In this document: piece after piece, positions 21,901-36,359 of the stretch
Layout: each line of letters begins with the position of its first letter
How positions within the stretch are numbered: position 1 is the stretch's first letter
NCBI RefSeq assembly: GCF_009914755.1
Contig: NC_060930.1
From: the human T2T-CHM13v2.0 reference genome, Homo sapiens
Reading direction: 5' to 3' (one strand)
Length of the DNA stretch: 64,000 bases
Made by a program: the position numbers and the translations under genes
The notes under the pieces: model-generated
Told to the model about the DNA's origin: nothing
What the model saw: the letters and a program-made list of their open reading frames with translations, nothing else
Database searches by the model: none

Positions 21901-23436
21901 TCTTGATAGGGCTGTTTTTAAACACTCTTTTTGTAGAATCTGTAATTGGATATTTGGATCCTCTTTGTGACCTTCGTTTTAAATGGGATTTCTTCATATA
22001 AAACTAGACAGAATTATTCTCAGAATCTTCTTTGTGATGTGTGCTTTCAACTCACAGAGTTGAAACTTCCTTTTGATAGATCAGTTGTGAAACTCTGTTT
22101 TTGTAGTATTTCCAAGTGGATTTTTATTGCCGTTTCAGGCTTGTGGTAGAAAAGGCCATATCTTCATAGAAAAACTAGACAGAATGATTCTCAGAAACTA
22201 CATTGTGATGTGTGCGTTCAACTCACAAAGTTTAACCTTTCTTTTGATAGAGCAGTTTTGAAACACTCTTTTTGCAGAACCTGCAAGTAAATATTTGGAC
22301 TTTTTTGAGGCCTTCGTTGGAAAAGGGATTTCTTCATAGAAAACTTGACAGAAGAATTCTGAGAAACAACTTTGTGATGTGTGCTTTCAACTCGCACAGT
22401 TGAACCTTCCTTTCGATAGAACAGTTTTGAAACTCGGTTTTTGTAGTGCTTCCAAGGGGATATTTAGCTCCACTTGGGGCCTATGGTAGAAAAGGCAATA
22501 TCTTCATAGAAAAACTAGACATAATCATTCTCAGAAACTACTTTGTGATGTGTGCCTTTAAATCTCAGAGTTTAACCCTTCTTTAGATAGAGTAGCTTTC
22601 AAACACTCTTTTTGTAGAATCAGCAAGTGAATATTTGGACTTTTTGGGGGCCATCTTTGGAAACTTGATTTCTTCCTATAAAACTTGACAGAAGAATTCT
22701 CAGCAAGTTCTTTGTGATGTGTGCATTCAACTCACAGAGTTGAACCTTCCCTTCAATAGAGCAGTTTTGAAATGCTCTTTTTGTAGAATTTTCAGGTTGT
22801 TATTTAGTGCGGTTTGAGGCCTATGGTAGAAGAGGAATTATCTTCATAGAAAAATTAGACAGAATCATTCTCAGAAACTACTTTTTGATGTTGGCATTCA
22901 GCTTACAGAGTGAAACTTTTCTTTTGATAGAGCAGTTTTGAAACACTCTTTTTGTGGAATTTGCAATTGTATATTTAGAGCACTTTGAGGCCTACGGTAG
23001 AAAAGGTAATATCTTCACAAAAAACTATACAGAAGCTTTTTCAGAAACTACTTTGTGATATTTGCATTTATCTCACAGAGTTGAACATTCCTCTTGAAAG
23101 GGCTATTTTGAAACACTCTTTCTGTAGAATCTGCAAGTGGGTATTTGTATCCTCTTTGTGGCATTCGTTTGAAACATGATTTCTTCATGTAAACCTAGAC
23201 AGAATAATTCTCAGAACCTTCTTTGTGATGTGTGCTTTCAACTCTCAGAGATGAAACTTCCTTTGGATAGAGCAGTTTTGAAACTCTCTTTTTGAATAAT
23301 TTCCAAGTGGATATTTCGCGCCGTTTGAGGCCCGTGGTAGAAAAGGCAATAGCTTCATAGAACAACTAGACAGAATGACACACAGAAACTACTTTGTGAT
23401 ATGTGCTTTGAACTCACAGAGTTTAACCTTTCCTTT

Positions 23437-25102
<1,666 letters not shown>

Positions 25103-25324
25103 TGAAACACGCTTTTTGTAGAATCTGCAAGTGAATATTTGGACTTTTTTGAGGCCTTCATTTGAAACGTGTTTTCTTCATATTAAACTTGACTAAAGAA
25201 TTCTGAGAAACTACTTTGTGATGTGTGCTTTCAACTCACAGAGTTGAAACTTCCATTGGATAGAGCAGTTTTGAAACACTCTTTTTGTAGGATCTGCAAG
25301 TGAATATTTGGACCTTTTTGAGGC

Positions 25325-25341
25325 CTTCGTTGGAAACGGGA
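25325..25341 (+). other. CENP-B box (perfect 17-mer)
   Basis: CTTCGTTGGAAACGGGA. Confidence 0.9.
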
Positions 25342-27532
25342 TTTCTTCTTATAAAACTTGACAGAAGAATTCTCAGATACTTCGTTGTTATGTGTGCATT
25401 GAACTCAAAGAGTTAAGCCTTTTCTTCGATAGAGCAGTTTTGAAATACTCTTTTTGTAGAATTTTCAAGTGGATATTTAGTGCGGTTCGAGGCCTATGGT
25501 AGAAAAGGAAATATCTACATAGGAAAACTGGACAGAATCGTTCTCAGAAACTACTTTGTGAAGTGTGCATTCAGTTTACAGAGTTTAACTTTTCTTTTGA
25601 TAGAGAAGTTTTGAAAAAACCTTTTTGTGGAATTTGCAAGTGTATATATAGATCGCTTTGAGGCCTACGGTAGAAAAGGAATTATCTTCACAAAAAAATA
25701 TACAGAAGCATTGTCAGAAAATACTTTGTGATATTTTCATTCAACTCACTGTGTTCAACATTCCTCTTGATAGAGCAGTTTTGAAACACTCTTTTTGTGG
25801 AATCTGCAAGTGGATATTTGGACATCTTTGTGGCCTTCATTTGAAACGTGATTTCTTCTTATAAAGCTAGACAAAAGAATTCTCAGAAACTTCTTTCTGA
25901 TGTGTGCTTTCAACTCACAAGGTTGAACCTTCCTTTTGATAGAACAGTTTTGAAACTCTCTTTTTGTAGAATTTCCAAGTGTATATTTAGTGCCGTTTTA
26001 GGCCTATGCTAGAAAAGGCAATATCTTCATTGAAAAATTAGACAGAATGATTCTCAGAAAGTAGTTTGTGATGTGTGCGTTCAACTCAGAGTTTAACCTT
26101 TCTTTTGAAAGAGGACTTTTGAAACACTCTTTTTGTAGAATCTGCAAGTGAATGTTGGGACTATTTTGAGGCCTTCCTTGGAAACGGGATTTCTTCATAT
26201 AAAACTTGACAGAAGAATTGTCAGAAACTTCTTTGTGATGTGTGCTTTCAACTCACAGGGTTGAAGATTCCTTTCAATAGAGCAGTTTTGAAACTCTCTT
26301 TTTGCAGAATTTCCAAGTGGATATTTAACGCCGTTTCAGGCCTAATGTAGAAAAAGCTATATCTTCATAGAAAAACTAGACAGAATCATTCTCAGAAACT
26401 ACTTTGTGATGTGTGCGTTCAACTCACAGAGTTTAACCTTTCTTTTGATAGAGCAGTTTTGAAACACTCTTTTTGTAGTATCTTCAAGTGAATATTTGGA
26501 CTTTTTTGAGGCCTTCGTTGGAAACGGGGTTTCATCATATAAAGTTTGACAAAAGAATTCTCAGAAACTTCTTTGTGATGTGTGCATTCAACTCAGAGAG
26601 TTGAACTTACCTTTCGACAGAGAAGTTTTGAAATTCTCTTTTTGTAGAATTTCCAAGTGGATATTTTGAGCTGTTGGAGGCCTGCGGTTTAGAAGGCAAT
26701 ATCTTCATAGAAAAACTAGACAGTCTCGTTCTCAGAAACTACTTTGTGATGTGGGCATTCAGCTTACAGAGTTTAACCTTTCTTTTGATAGAGCAGTTTT
26801 GAAACAACCTTTTTGTGGAATTTGCAAGTGTATATTTAGAGGGCTTTGAGGCCTACGGTAGAAAAGGAAATATCTTCCCAAAAATCTAGTCAGAAGCATA
26901 GTCAGAAACTACTTTGTTATATTTGCATTCAACTCACAATGTTGAACATTCCTCTTGATAGAACAGTTTTGAAACACAGTTTTGGTAGAATCTGCAAGTG
27001 AATATTTGGACTTTTTTGAGTCCTTATTTGGAAACGGGATTAGTTCATATAAAACTTGACAGAAGAATTCTCAGAAATGTCTTTGTGATATGTGCATTCC
27101 ACTCACAGAGTTGAACCTTCCTTTCGACAGAGCACGTTTGAAACTCTCTTTTTTTAGAATTTCCAAGGGGATATTTTGCGCCGTTTGAGGCCTGTGGTAG
27201 AAAAGGCAATAGCTTCATACAACAACTAGACAGAATGATTCTCAGAAACTACTTTCTGGTGTGTGCGTTCAACTCACAGAGTTTAAACTTTCTTTTGATA
27301 GAGCAGTTTTGAAACACTCTTTTTTGTAGAATCTGAAAATGAATATTTGGACTTTTTTGAGGCTTTCATTTGAAACGTGATTTCTTCATATAAAACTTGA
27401 CTGAAGAATTCTGAGAAACTCTTTGGTGATGTGTGCTTTCAACTCACAGAGTTGAACCTTCCTTTTGATAGAGCAGCTTTGAAACACTCTTTTTGTAGGA
27501 TCTGCAAGTGAATATTTGGACTTTTTTGAGGC

Positions 27533-27549
27533 CTTCGTTGGAAACGGGA
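27533..27549 (+). other. CENP-B box (perfect 17-mer)
   Basis: CTTCGTTGGAAACGGGA, 2208 bp from the box at 25325 (duplicate copy). Confidence 0.9.
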
Positions 27550-30500
27550 TTTCTTCTTATAAAACTTGACAGAAGAATTATCAGATACGTCGTTGTGATG
27601 TGTGCATTGAACTCACAGGGTTGAACCTTCCCTTCGATACAGCAGTTTTGAAATACTCTTTTTGTAGAATTTTCAATTGGATATTTAGTGCGGTTCGAGG
27701 CCTATGGTAGAAAAGGTAATATCTTCATAGGAAAACTGGACAGAATCATTCTCAGAAACTACTTTGTGATGTGTGCATTCAGCTTAGAGAGTTTAACTTT
27801 TCTTTTGATAGAGCAGTTTTGAAACAACCTTTTTGTGGAATTTGCAAGTGTGTATTTAGAGCTTTTTGAGGCCTGTGGTAGAAAAGGAAATATCTTCACA
27901 AAAAAATAGACAGAAACATTGTCAGAAAGTACTTTGTGATATTTGCATTTAACTCACTGTGTTCAACATTCCCCTTGATAGAGCAGTTTTGAAACACTCT
28001 TTCTGTAGAATCTGCAAGTGGATATTTGGACCTCTTTGTGGCCTTCGTTTGAAACGTGATTTCTTATTTTAAAGCTAGACAAAAGAATTGTCAGAAACTT
28101 CTTAGTGATGTGTGCTTTCAACTCACAGAGTTGAACCTTCCTTTCGATAGAGCAGTTTTGAAACTCTCTTTTTGTAGAATTTCCAAGTGGATATTCAGCG
28201 CCATTTGAGGTCTAATGTAGAAAAAGCAATGTCTTCATAGAAAAACTAGACAGAATCATTCTCAGAAACTACTTTGTGATGTGTGCGTTCAACTCACAGT
28301 GTTTAAACTTTCTTTTGATAGAGCTGTTTTGAAGCAACCTTTTGTGGAATTTGCAAGTGTATATTTAGAGAGCTTTGAGGCCTACGGTAGAAAAGGAAAT
28401 ATCTTCACAAAAAAACTAGACAGAAGCATAGTCAGAAACTACCTTGTCATATTTGCATTCAACTCACAGTGTTGAACATTCCTCTTGATAGAGCAGTTTT
28501 GAAACACAGTTTTTGTAGATTCTGCAAGTGAATATTTGGACTTTTTTTAGTCCTTATTTGGAAACGGGATTTGTTCATATAAAACTTGACAGAAGAATTC
28601 TCAGAAACTTCTTTGTGATATGTGCATTCAACTCACGGAGTTGAACCTTCCCTTCTATAGGGCAGTTTTGAAATATTCTTTTTGCAGATTTTTCAAGTGA
28701 ATATGTAGTGCGGTTCGAGACCTAAGGTATAAAAGGAAATATCTTCATAGAAAAACTAGACAGAATCATTTTCAGAAACTAATTTTTGATGTGTGCACTG
28801 AGCTTACAGAGTTTAACCTTTCTTCTGATTGAGCAGTTTTGTAACAACCTTTTGGTGGAGTTTGCAAGTGTTTATTTTTAGGGCTTTGTGGCCTACGGTA
28901 GAAAAGGAAATATCTTCACAGAAAAACTAGACAGAAGCATTGTCAGAAACTACTCTGTGATATTTGCATTCAACTAACAGTGTTGAACATTCCTCTTGAT
29001 ATAGTAGTTTTGAAACTCTCTTTTTTTGTGATTTCCAAGAGGATATTTAGCTCCGTTTGAGGCCTATGGTAGAGAAAGCAATATCTTCATAGAAAAACTA
29101 GATACAATCATTATCAGAAACTATTTTGTGATGTGTGCGTTCAACTAACAGAGTTTAAACTTTCTTTTGATAGAGCAGTTTTGAAACACTCTTTTTGTAG
29201 TGTCTGCAAGTGAATATTTGGACTTTTTAGAGGCCTTTGTTGGAAACGGGATTTCATCATATAAATGTTGTCAAAAGAATTCTCGGAAAATTCTTTGTGA
29301 TGTGTGCATTCAACTCACAGAGTTGAACCTTCCCTTCGGTAGAGCAGTTTTGAAATACTCTTTTTGTAGAATTTTCAACTGGATATTTAGTGCTGTTCTA
29401 GGCCTATTGTAGAAAAGGAAATATCTTCATAGAAAAGCTAGACAGAATCATTCTCAGAAACTAGTTTGTGATGTGTGCATTCAGCTTACAGAGTTTAACC
29501 TTTCTTTTGTTACAGCACTTTTGAAACACTATTTTTGTAGAATATGCCAGTGAATATTTGGATCCTCATTGTGTCCCTCATTTGATACGGGATTTCTTCT
29601 TACAAAACTAGACTGAAGAATTTTGAGAAACTTCTTTGTAATGTGTGCTTTCAACTCACAGAGTTCAGCCTTCCTTTTCATAGAGCTGTTTCAAAACTCT
29701 CTTTTTGTAGAATTTCCATGTGGATATATAGCGCCTTTTGAGGCCTATGTTAGAAAAGGCAATATCTTCATGGAAAAACTAGACAGAATCATTCTCAGAA
29801 ACTACTTTGTGATGTGTGCATTCAGCTTAGAGAGTTTAATCTTTCTTTTGATAGAGAAGTTTGGAAACCCCCTTTGTGTGGAATTTGCAAGTGTATATTT
29901 AGGGCACTTTGAGGCCTATGGTAGAAAACGAAATATCTTCACAAAAAAACTAGACAGACGCATTTTCAGAAACTATATTGTGATATTTGCATTCAGCTCA
30001 CAAAGTTGAACATTCCTCTTCATAGAGCAGTTTTGTAACACTCTTTTTGTAGAATCTGCAAGTTAATAATTGGAGTTTTTTGAGGCCTTCATTGGAAACG
30101 GGATTCCTTCGTATAAAACTTGACAGAAGAATTCTCAGAAACTTCTTTGTGATGTGTGCTTTCAACTCCATAGAGCAGTTTTGAAACTCTCTTTTTATAG
30201 AATTTCCAAGTGGATATTTAGCGCCGCTTCAGGCCTATGTTAGAAAAGTCAATATCTTCATGGAAAAACCAGACAGAATGATTCTCAGAAAGTGGTTTGT
30301 TATGTGTGCATTCAACTCACAGAGTTTAACCTTTCTTTTGATAGAGCAGTTTTGAAACACTGTTTTTGTAGAATCTGCAAGTGAATATTTGGACTCTTTG
30401 GAGGCCTTCGTTGGAAAAGGGATTTTTTCATATAATACTTGACAGAACAATTCTCAGAAACTTCTTTCTGGTGTGTGCATTCAACTCACAGAGTTGAACC

Positions 30501-33500
30501 CTCCTTTCGATAGAGCAGTTTAGAAATACTCTTTTTGTAGTATTTCCAAGTGAATATTTAGAGTGTTTTGAGGCCTATGGTAGAAAAGGAAATATCTTCA
30601 TAGAAAAAACAGACAGAATCATTCTCAGAAACTAATTTGTGATGCGTGCATTCAGGTTGCAGAGTTTAACCTTTCTTTTGATAGAGCAGCTCTGAAACCC
30701 TCTTTTTGTGGAATTTTCAAGGGTATAATTAGAGCGCTTTGAGGCCTACAGAAAAAAGGAAATATCTTCACTTACTAGACAGAAGCGTTGTCAGAAACTA
30801 CTTTGTGATATTTGCATTCAACTTACAAAGTTGAACATTCTTTTTGATAGAGCACTTTTGAAACACTCTTTTTGAAGAATCTGCAAGTGGATATTTGGAT
30901 CTCTTTGTGTCCATCATTTGATACGTGATTTCTTCATATAAAACTATACAGAAGAATTTTGAGAAACTACTTTATGATGTGAGCGTTCAACTCACGGAAT
31001 TTAACCGTTCCTTTCATAGAGCAGTTTTGAAACACTCTTTTTGAAGTATCTGCAAGTGAATATTTGTACTTTTTTGAGGCCTTTGTTGGAAACGGGATTT
31101 CCTCAAATAAAACTAGAAAGAAGAGTTCTCAGAAACTTCCTTGTGATGTATGATTTCAACTCACAGATTTGAACCTTCCTTTCAATAGAGCAGTTTTGAA
31201 ACTCTCTTTGTGTAGAATTTCCAATTGGATATTTAGCGCCGTTTGAGGCCTATGGGAGAAAAGGCAATATCTTCATAGAAAAACTAGACAGAATCATTCT
31301 AAGAAACTACATTTGATGTGTGTGTTCAACTCAAAGAGTTTAACTTTTCTTTTGATAGAGCAGTTTTGAAACACTCTTCTTGTAGTATCTGCAAGTGAAT
31401 ATTAGGGATTTTTTGAGGCCTTCGTTGGAAATGGCTTTTCTTCATATAAAACTTAACAGAAGAATTCTCAGAAACTTCTTTGTGATGTGTGAATTCAACT
31501 CACAGAGTTGAACCTACCTTTCAATAGAGCAGTTTTGAAATTCTCTTTTTGTAGAATTTCCAAGTGGATATTTAGAGTGGTTGGATGCCTATGGTATAAA
31601 AGGCAATATCTTCATAGAAAAACTAGACAGACTCATTCTCAGAAAGTGCTTTGTGATGTGGTCATTGAGCTTACATAGTTTAACATTTCTTTTGTTAGAG
31701 CAGTTTTGAAACACTCTTTTTGTGCAGTTTGCAAGTGTATATTTAGAGCGCTTTGAGTCCTATGGTAGAAAAGGAAATATCTTCACAGAAAAACTGTACA
31801 GAAAATTTGTCAGAAACTGCTTTGTGATATTTGCATTCAACTCACAGGGTTGAACCTTTCCTTCGATAGAGCAGTTTTGAAATGCTCCTTTTGTAGGATT
31901 TTCAAGTGGATATGTAGTGCGGTTCGAGGACTATTATATAAAAGGAAATATCTTCATAGAAAAACTAGGCAGAATCATTCTCAGCAACTACTTTGTGATG
32001 TGTGCATTCAGCTTACAGATTTTAACATTTCTTTTGATATTGTAGTTTTGAAACAACCTTTTTCTTGAAGATGCAAGTGTACATTTAGAGCACTTTTGGG
32101 TCTACGGTAGAAAAGGAAATATCTTCACAAAAAACTAGACAGAAGCATTGTCAGAAACTACTTTGTCATAAGTGCATTCAACTCACAGTGTTGAACACTC
32201 CTCTTGATAGAGCAGTTTTGAAACACTCTTTTTGTAGAATCTGCAAGTGGATATTTGGACCTCTTTGTATCCATCATTTGGTACGTGATTTCTTCATATA
32301 AAACTTGACAGAAGAATTCTGAGAAACTCCTTTGTGATGTGTGCTTTCAACTCACAGAGTTGAACCTTCACTTCGATAGAGCAGTTTTGAAACTCTCTTT
32401 TTGTTTAATTTCCAAGTGGATATTTAGTGCGGTTTGAGGCGTATGGTTGAAAAGGAAATATCTTCATAGAAAAACCAGGCAGAATCATTTTCAGAAACTA
32501 CTTAGTGATGTGCGCGTTTAACTCACAGTGTTTAACCTTTCCTTTGATAGAGTAGTTTTGAAACACTCTTTTTGTAGTATCTACAAGTGAATATATGGAA
32601 TTTTTTGAGGCCTTCGTTGGAAACGGGCTTTCATCATATCAAACTTCTCAGAAGAATTCTCAGAAACTTCTTTGTGATGGGTGCATTCAACTCACAGAGT
32701 TGAACTTTCCCTTCGATAGAGCAGTTTTGAAATACTATTTTTGTAGAATTTTCAAGTGGATATGAAGTACGGTTCAGGGCCTATGGTAGAAAAGGAAATA
32801 TCTTCATAGAAAAATTAGACAGAATCATTCTCAGAAACTACTTTGAGATGCGTGCATTCAGCTTACAGAATTTAACCTTTCTTTTGATAGAGCAGTTTTG
32901 AAACAGTCTTTTTGTGGTATTTGCAAGTGTATATTTAGAGCGCTTTGGGGCATACGGTGGAAAAGGAAATATCTTCACATAAAAAATACACAGCAGCATT
33001 GTCAGAAACTACTTTGTGATATTTGCATTCACCTCACAGAGTTGAACATTCCTCTTGATAGAGCAGTTTTGAAACACTCTTTGTAGAATCTGCAAGTGCA
33101 TATTTCGACCTCTTTGTTGCCTTCGTTTGAAATGTGATTTCTTCCTGTAAAACTAGAGAGAAGAATTCTCAGAAACTTCTTCGTGATGTGTGCTTTCAAC
33201 TCACAGATTTGAACCTTCCATTCGATAAAGCGGTTTTGAAACTCTCTTTTTGTAGTATTTCCAAGTGGATATTTAGCGCCGTTTGAGGCCTTTGGTAGAA
33301 AAGGCAATATCTTCATAGAAAAACTAGACCGAATGATACTTAGAAACTACGTTGTGATGTGTGCGTTCAAATCACAGAGTTTAACCTTTCTTTTGATAGA
33401 GCAGTTTTGAAACACTCTTTTTGTATAATCTGCATGTGAATATTTGGACTTTTTTGAGGCCCTCGTTGGAAACGGGATTTCTTCATGTAAAACTTGACAG

Positions 33501-36342
33501 AACAATTCTCAGAAACGTCTTTGTGAAGTGTGCATTCAACTCACAGAGTTGATCCTTCCTTTCGATAGAGCAGTTTTGAAATATTCTATTTGTGGGATTT
33601 TCAAGGGGATATTTAGTGTGGTTCGAGGTCTATGGTATAAAAGGAAATACCTTCATAGAAAAACTAGACAGAATCATTCCCAGAAACTACTTTCTGATGT
33701 GTGCATTCAGTTTAAAGTATTTAACCTTTCTTTTAATAGAGTAGATTTGAAACACTCTTTATGTGGAATTTGCAAGTGTATATTTAGAGCACTTTGAGGC
33801 CTACAGTAGAAAACGAAATATCTTCACATAAAAAGTAGACAGACGCATTGTTAGAAACTACTTTGTGATATTTGCATTCAACTCACAGAGTTGAACATTC
33901 CTCTTGATAGAGTAGTTTTGAAACACTCTTTTTGTAGGATCTGCAGGTGAATATTTGGACTTTTTTGAGGCCTTCGTTATAAATGGGATTTCTTCATATA
34001 AAACATGACAACAATTCTCAGAAAATTCTCTGTGATGTGTTCATTTAACTCTCAGAGTTGAACCTTCCTTTCGATAGAGCAGTTTTGAAATACTTTTTGT
34101 AGAATTTCCAAGTTGATATTTATAGTGGTCCAGGACTATGTTAGAAAGGAATTATCTTCATAGAAAAATTAGACAGAATCATTCTCAGAAACTACATTGT
34201 GATGTGTGCATTCTGTTTACAGATTTTAACCTTTCTTTTGATAGAGCAATTTTGAAACACTCTTTTTGTGGAATTTGCAAGTGTATATTTAGAGCACTTT
34301 GAGGCCTACGGTAGAAAAGGTAATATCTTCACATAAAAACTAGACAGAAGCATTGTCAGAAACTACTTTGTGATATTTACATTCAACTCACAGAGTTGAA
34401 CATTCCTCTTGATAGAGCAGTTTTGAAACACTCTTTTTGTAGAATCTGCAAGTGGATATTTCGACCTCTTTGTGGCCTTCCTTGGAGACGTGATTTCTTC
34501 ATATAAAAAAAGACAGAAGAAGTCTCAGAAAATTCTTTGTGATGAGTGCTTTCAAGTCACAGAGTTGAACCTTCCTTTCGATAGAGCAGTTTTGAAACTC
34601 TCTTTGTAGAATTTCCAAGAGGGTATTTAGCGCCGTTTGGGGCCACTGGTATAAAAGGCAATGTCTTCATAGAAAAACTAGGCAGAATGATTCTCAGAAA
34701 CTACTTTGTGGTGTGTGCGTTCAACTCACAGAGTATAACCTTTCTTTTGATAGAGCAGTTTTGAAACACTCTTTTTGTAGAATCTGAATGTGAATGTTTT
34801 GACTTTTTGTAGGACTTCATTGGAAACGTAATTTCTTCATATAAAACTAGACAGAAGAATTCTCAGAAACTTCTTTGTGATATATTCTTTCAACTCACAG
34901 TGTTGAACATTCCTTTGGATAGAGCAGTTATGAAACTCTCTTTTGTAGCATTTCCAAGTGGATAATTAGCGCCGTTTGAGGCCTATGTTAGAAAAGGCAA
35001 TATCTTCATAGAAAAACGAGACAGAATGATTCTCAGAAACTACATTGTGATGTGTGTGTTCAACACACAGAGTTTAGCCTTTCTTTTGACAAAGCAGTTT
35101 TGAAACACTCGTGTTGTGGAATATGCCGTTGAATATTTGGACTTATTTGGGGACTTCGTTTGAAATGGTATTTCTTCATAAAAAACTTGTCAGAAGAATT
35201 CTCAGAAAATTCTTTATGATGTGTGCATTCAACACACAGGGTTGAACATTCCTTTCGATAGAGCAATTTTGAAATGCTCTTTTTGTTGTATTTCCAAGTG
35301 CATATTTAGAGAGGTTCGAGGCCTATGGTAGAAAAGGAAATATCTTCATAAAAAAACTAAACAGATTCATTCCCAAAATCTACTTTGTGATGTGTGCATT
35401 CAACTTACAGTGTTTAAACTTTCTTTTGATAGAGCAGTTTTGAAACTCTCTTTTTGTGGAATTTGCCAGTATATATTTAGAGCGCTTTGAGACCTTCATT
35501 GGAAACGGGACTTCCTCATATAAAACTTGACAGAAAAATTCTCAGGAACTACATTGTGATGTGTGCATTCAACTCACACAGTTGAACCTTCCTTTTCATA
35601 GAGCAGTTTTGAAATACCCTTTTTTTTTTCAATTTCCATATGGATATTTAGAGCGTTTGAGGCCAATGGAGGAAAAGTAAATATCTTCATAGAAAAACTA
35701 GAGAGAATCATTCTCAGTAACCACCTTGTGATGTGTGCATTCAGCTTTCAGAATTTAACCTTTATTTTGATAGAGCAGTTTTGAAACACTTTTTGTGGAA
35801 TTTGATAGTGTATATGTAGAGCGCTTTGAGGCATATTGTAGAAAAGGAAGTATCTTCACATTAAAACTGGACAGAAGCATTTTCAAAAACTAATTAGTGA
35901 TATTTGCATTCAACTCACACAGTTGAACATTCCTCTTGATAGAGCAGTTTTGAAACACTCTTTTCGTAGAATCTGCAAGTGGATATTTGCACGTCTTTGT
36001 GGCTTTCGTTTGAAATGTGATTTCTTCATATAAAGCTAGACAGAAGAATTCTAAGAAACTTCTTTGCGATGTGTGCTTTCAACTCACAGAGTTGAACCTT
36101 CCTTTTGATAGAGCAGTTTTGAAACTCCCTTTTTGTAGAATTTCCAAGTGGATATTTAGCGCAGTTTGAGTCCTATGGTAGAAAAGGCAATATTTTCAAG
36201 AAAAACTAGACAGAATGATTCTCTGAAACTACTTTGTGTTGTGTGCGTTCAACTCACAGAGTTTAACCTTCCTTTTGATACAGCACTTTTGAAACACTCT
36301 TTTTCTGGAATCTGCAAGTGAATATATGGCCTTTTTTGAGGC

Positions 36343-36359
36343 CTTCGTTGGAAACGGGA
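36343..36359 (+). other. CENP-B box (perfect 17-mer)
   Basis: CTTCGTTGGAAACGGGA. Confidence 0.9.

Larger units (their letters stand above)
13470..23436 (+). repeat. Alpha satellite, divergent pentamer-based array
   Basis: Marker monomer at 13871, 14720, 15572, 16427 and at 19157, 20004, 20856, 21705. Confidence 0.97.
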
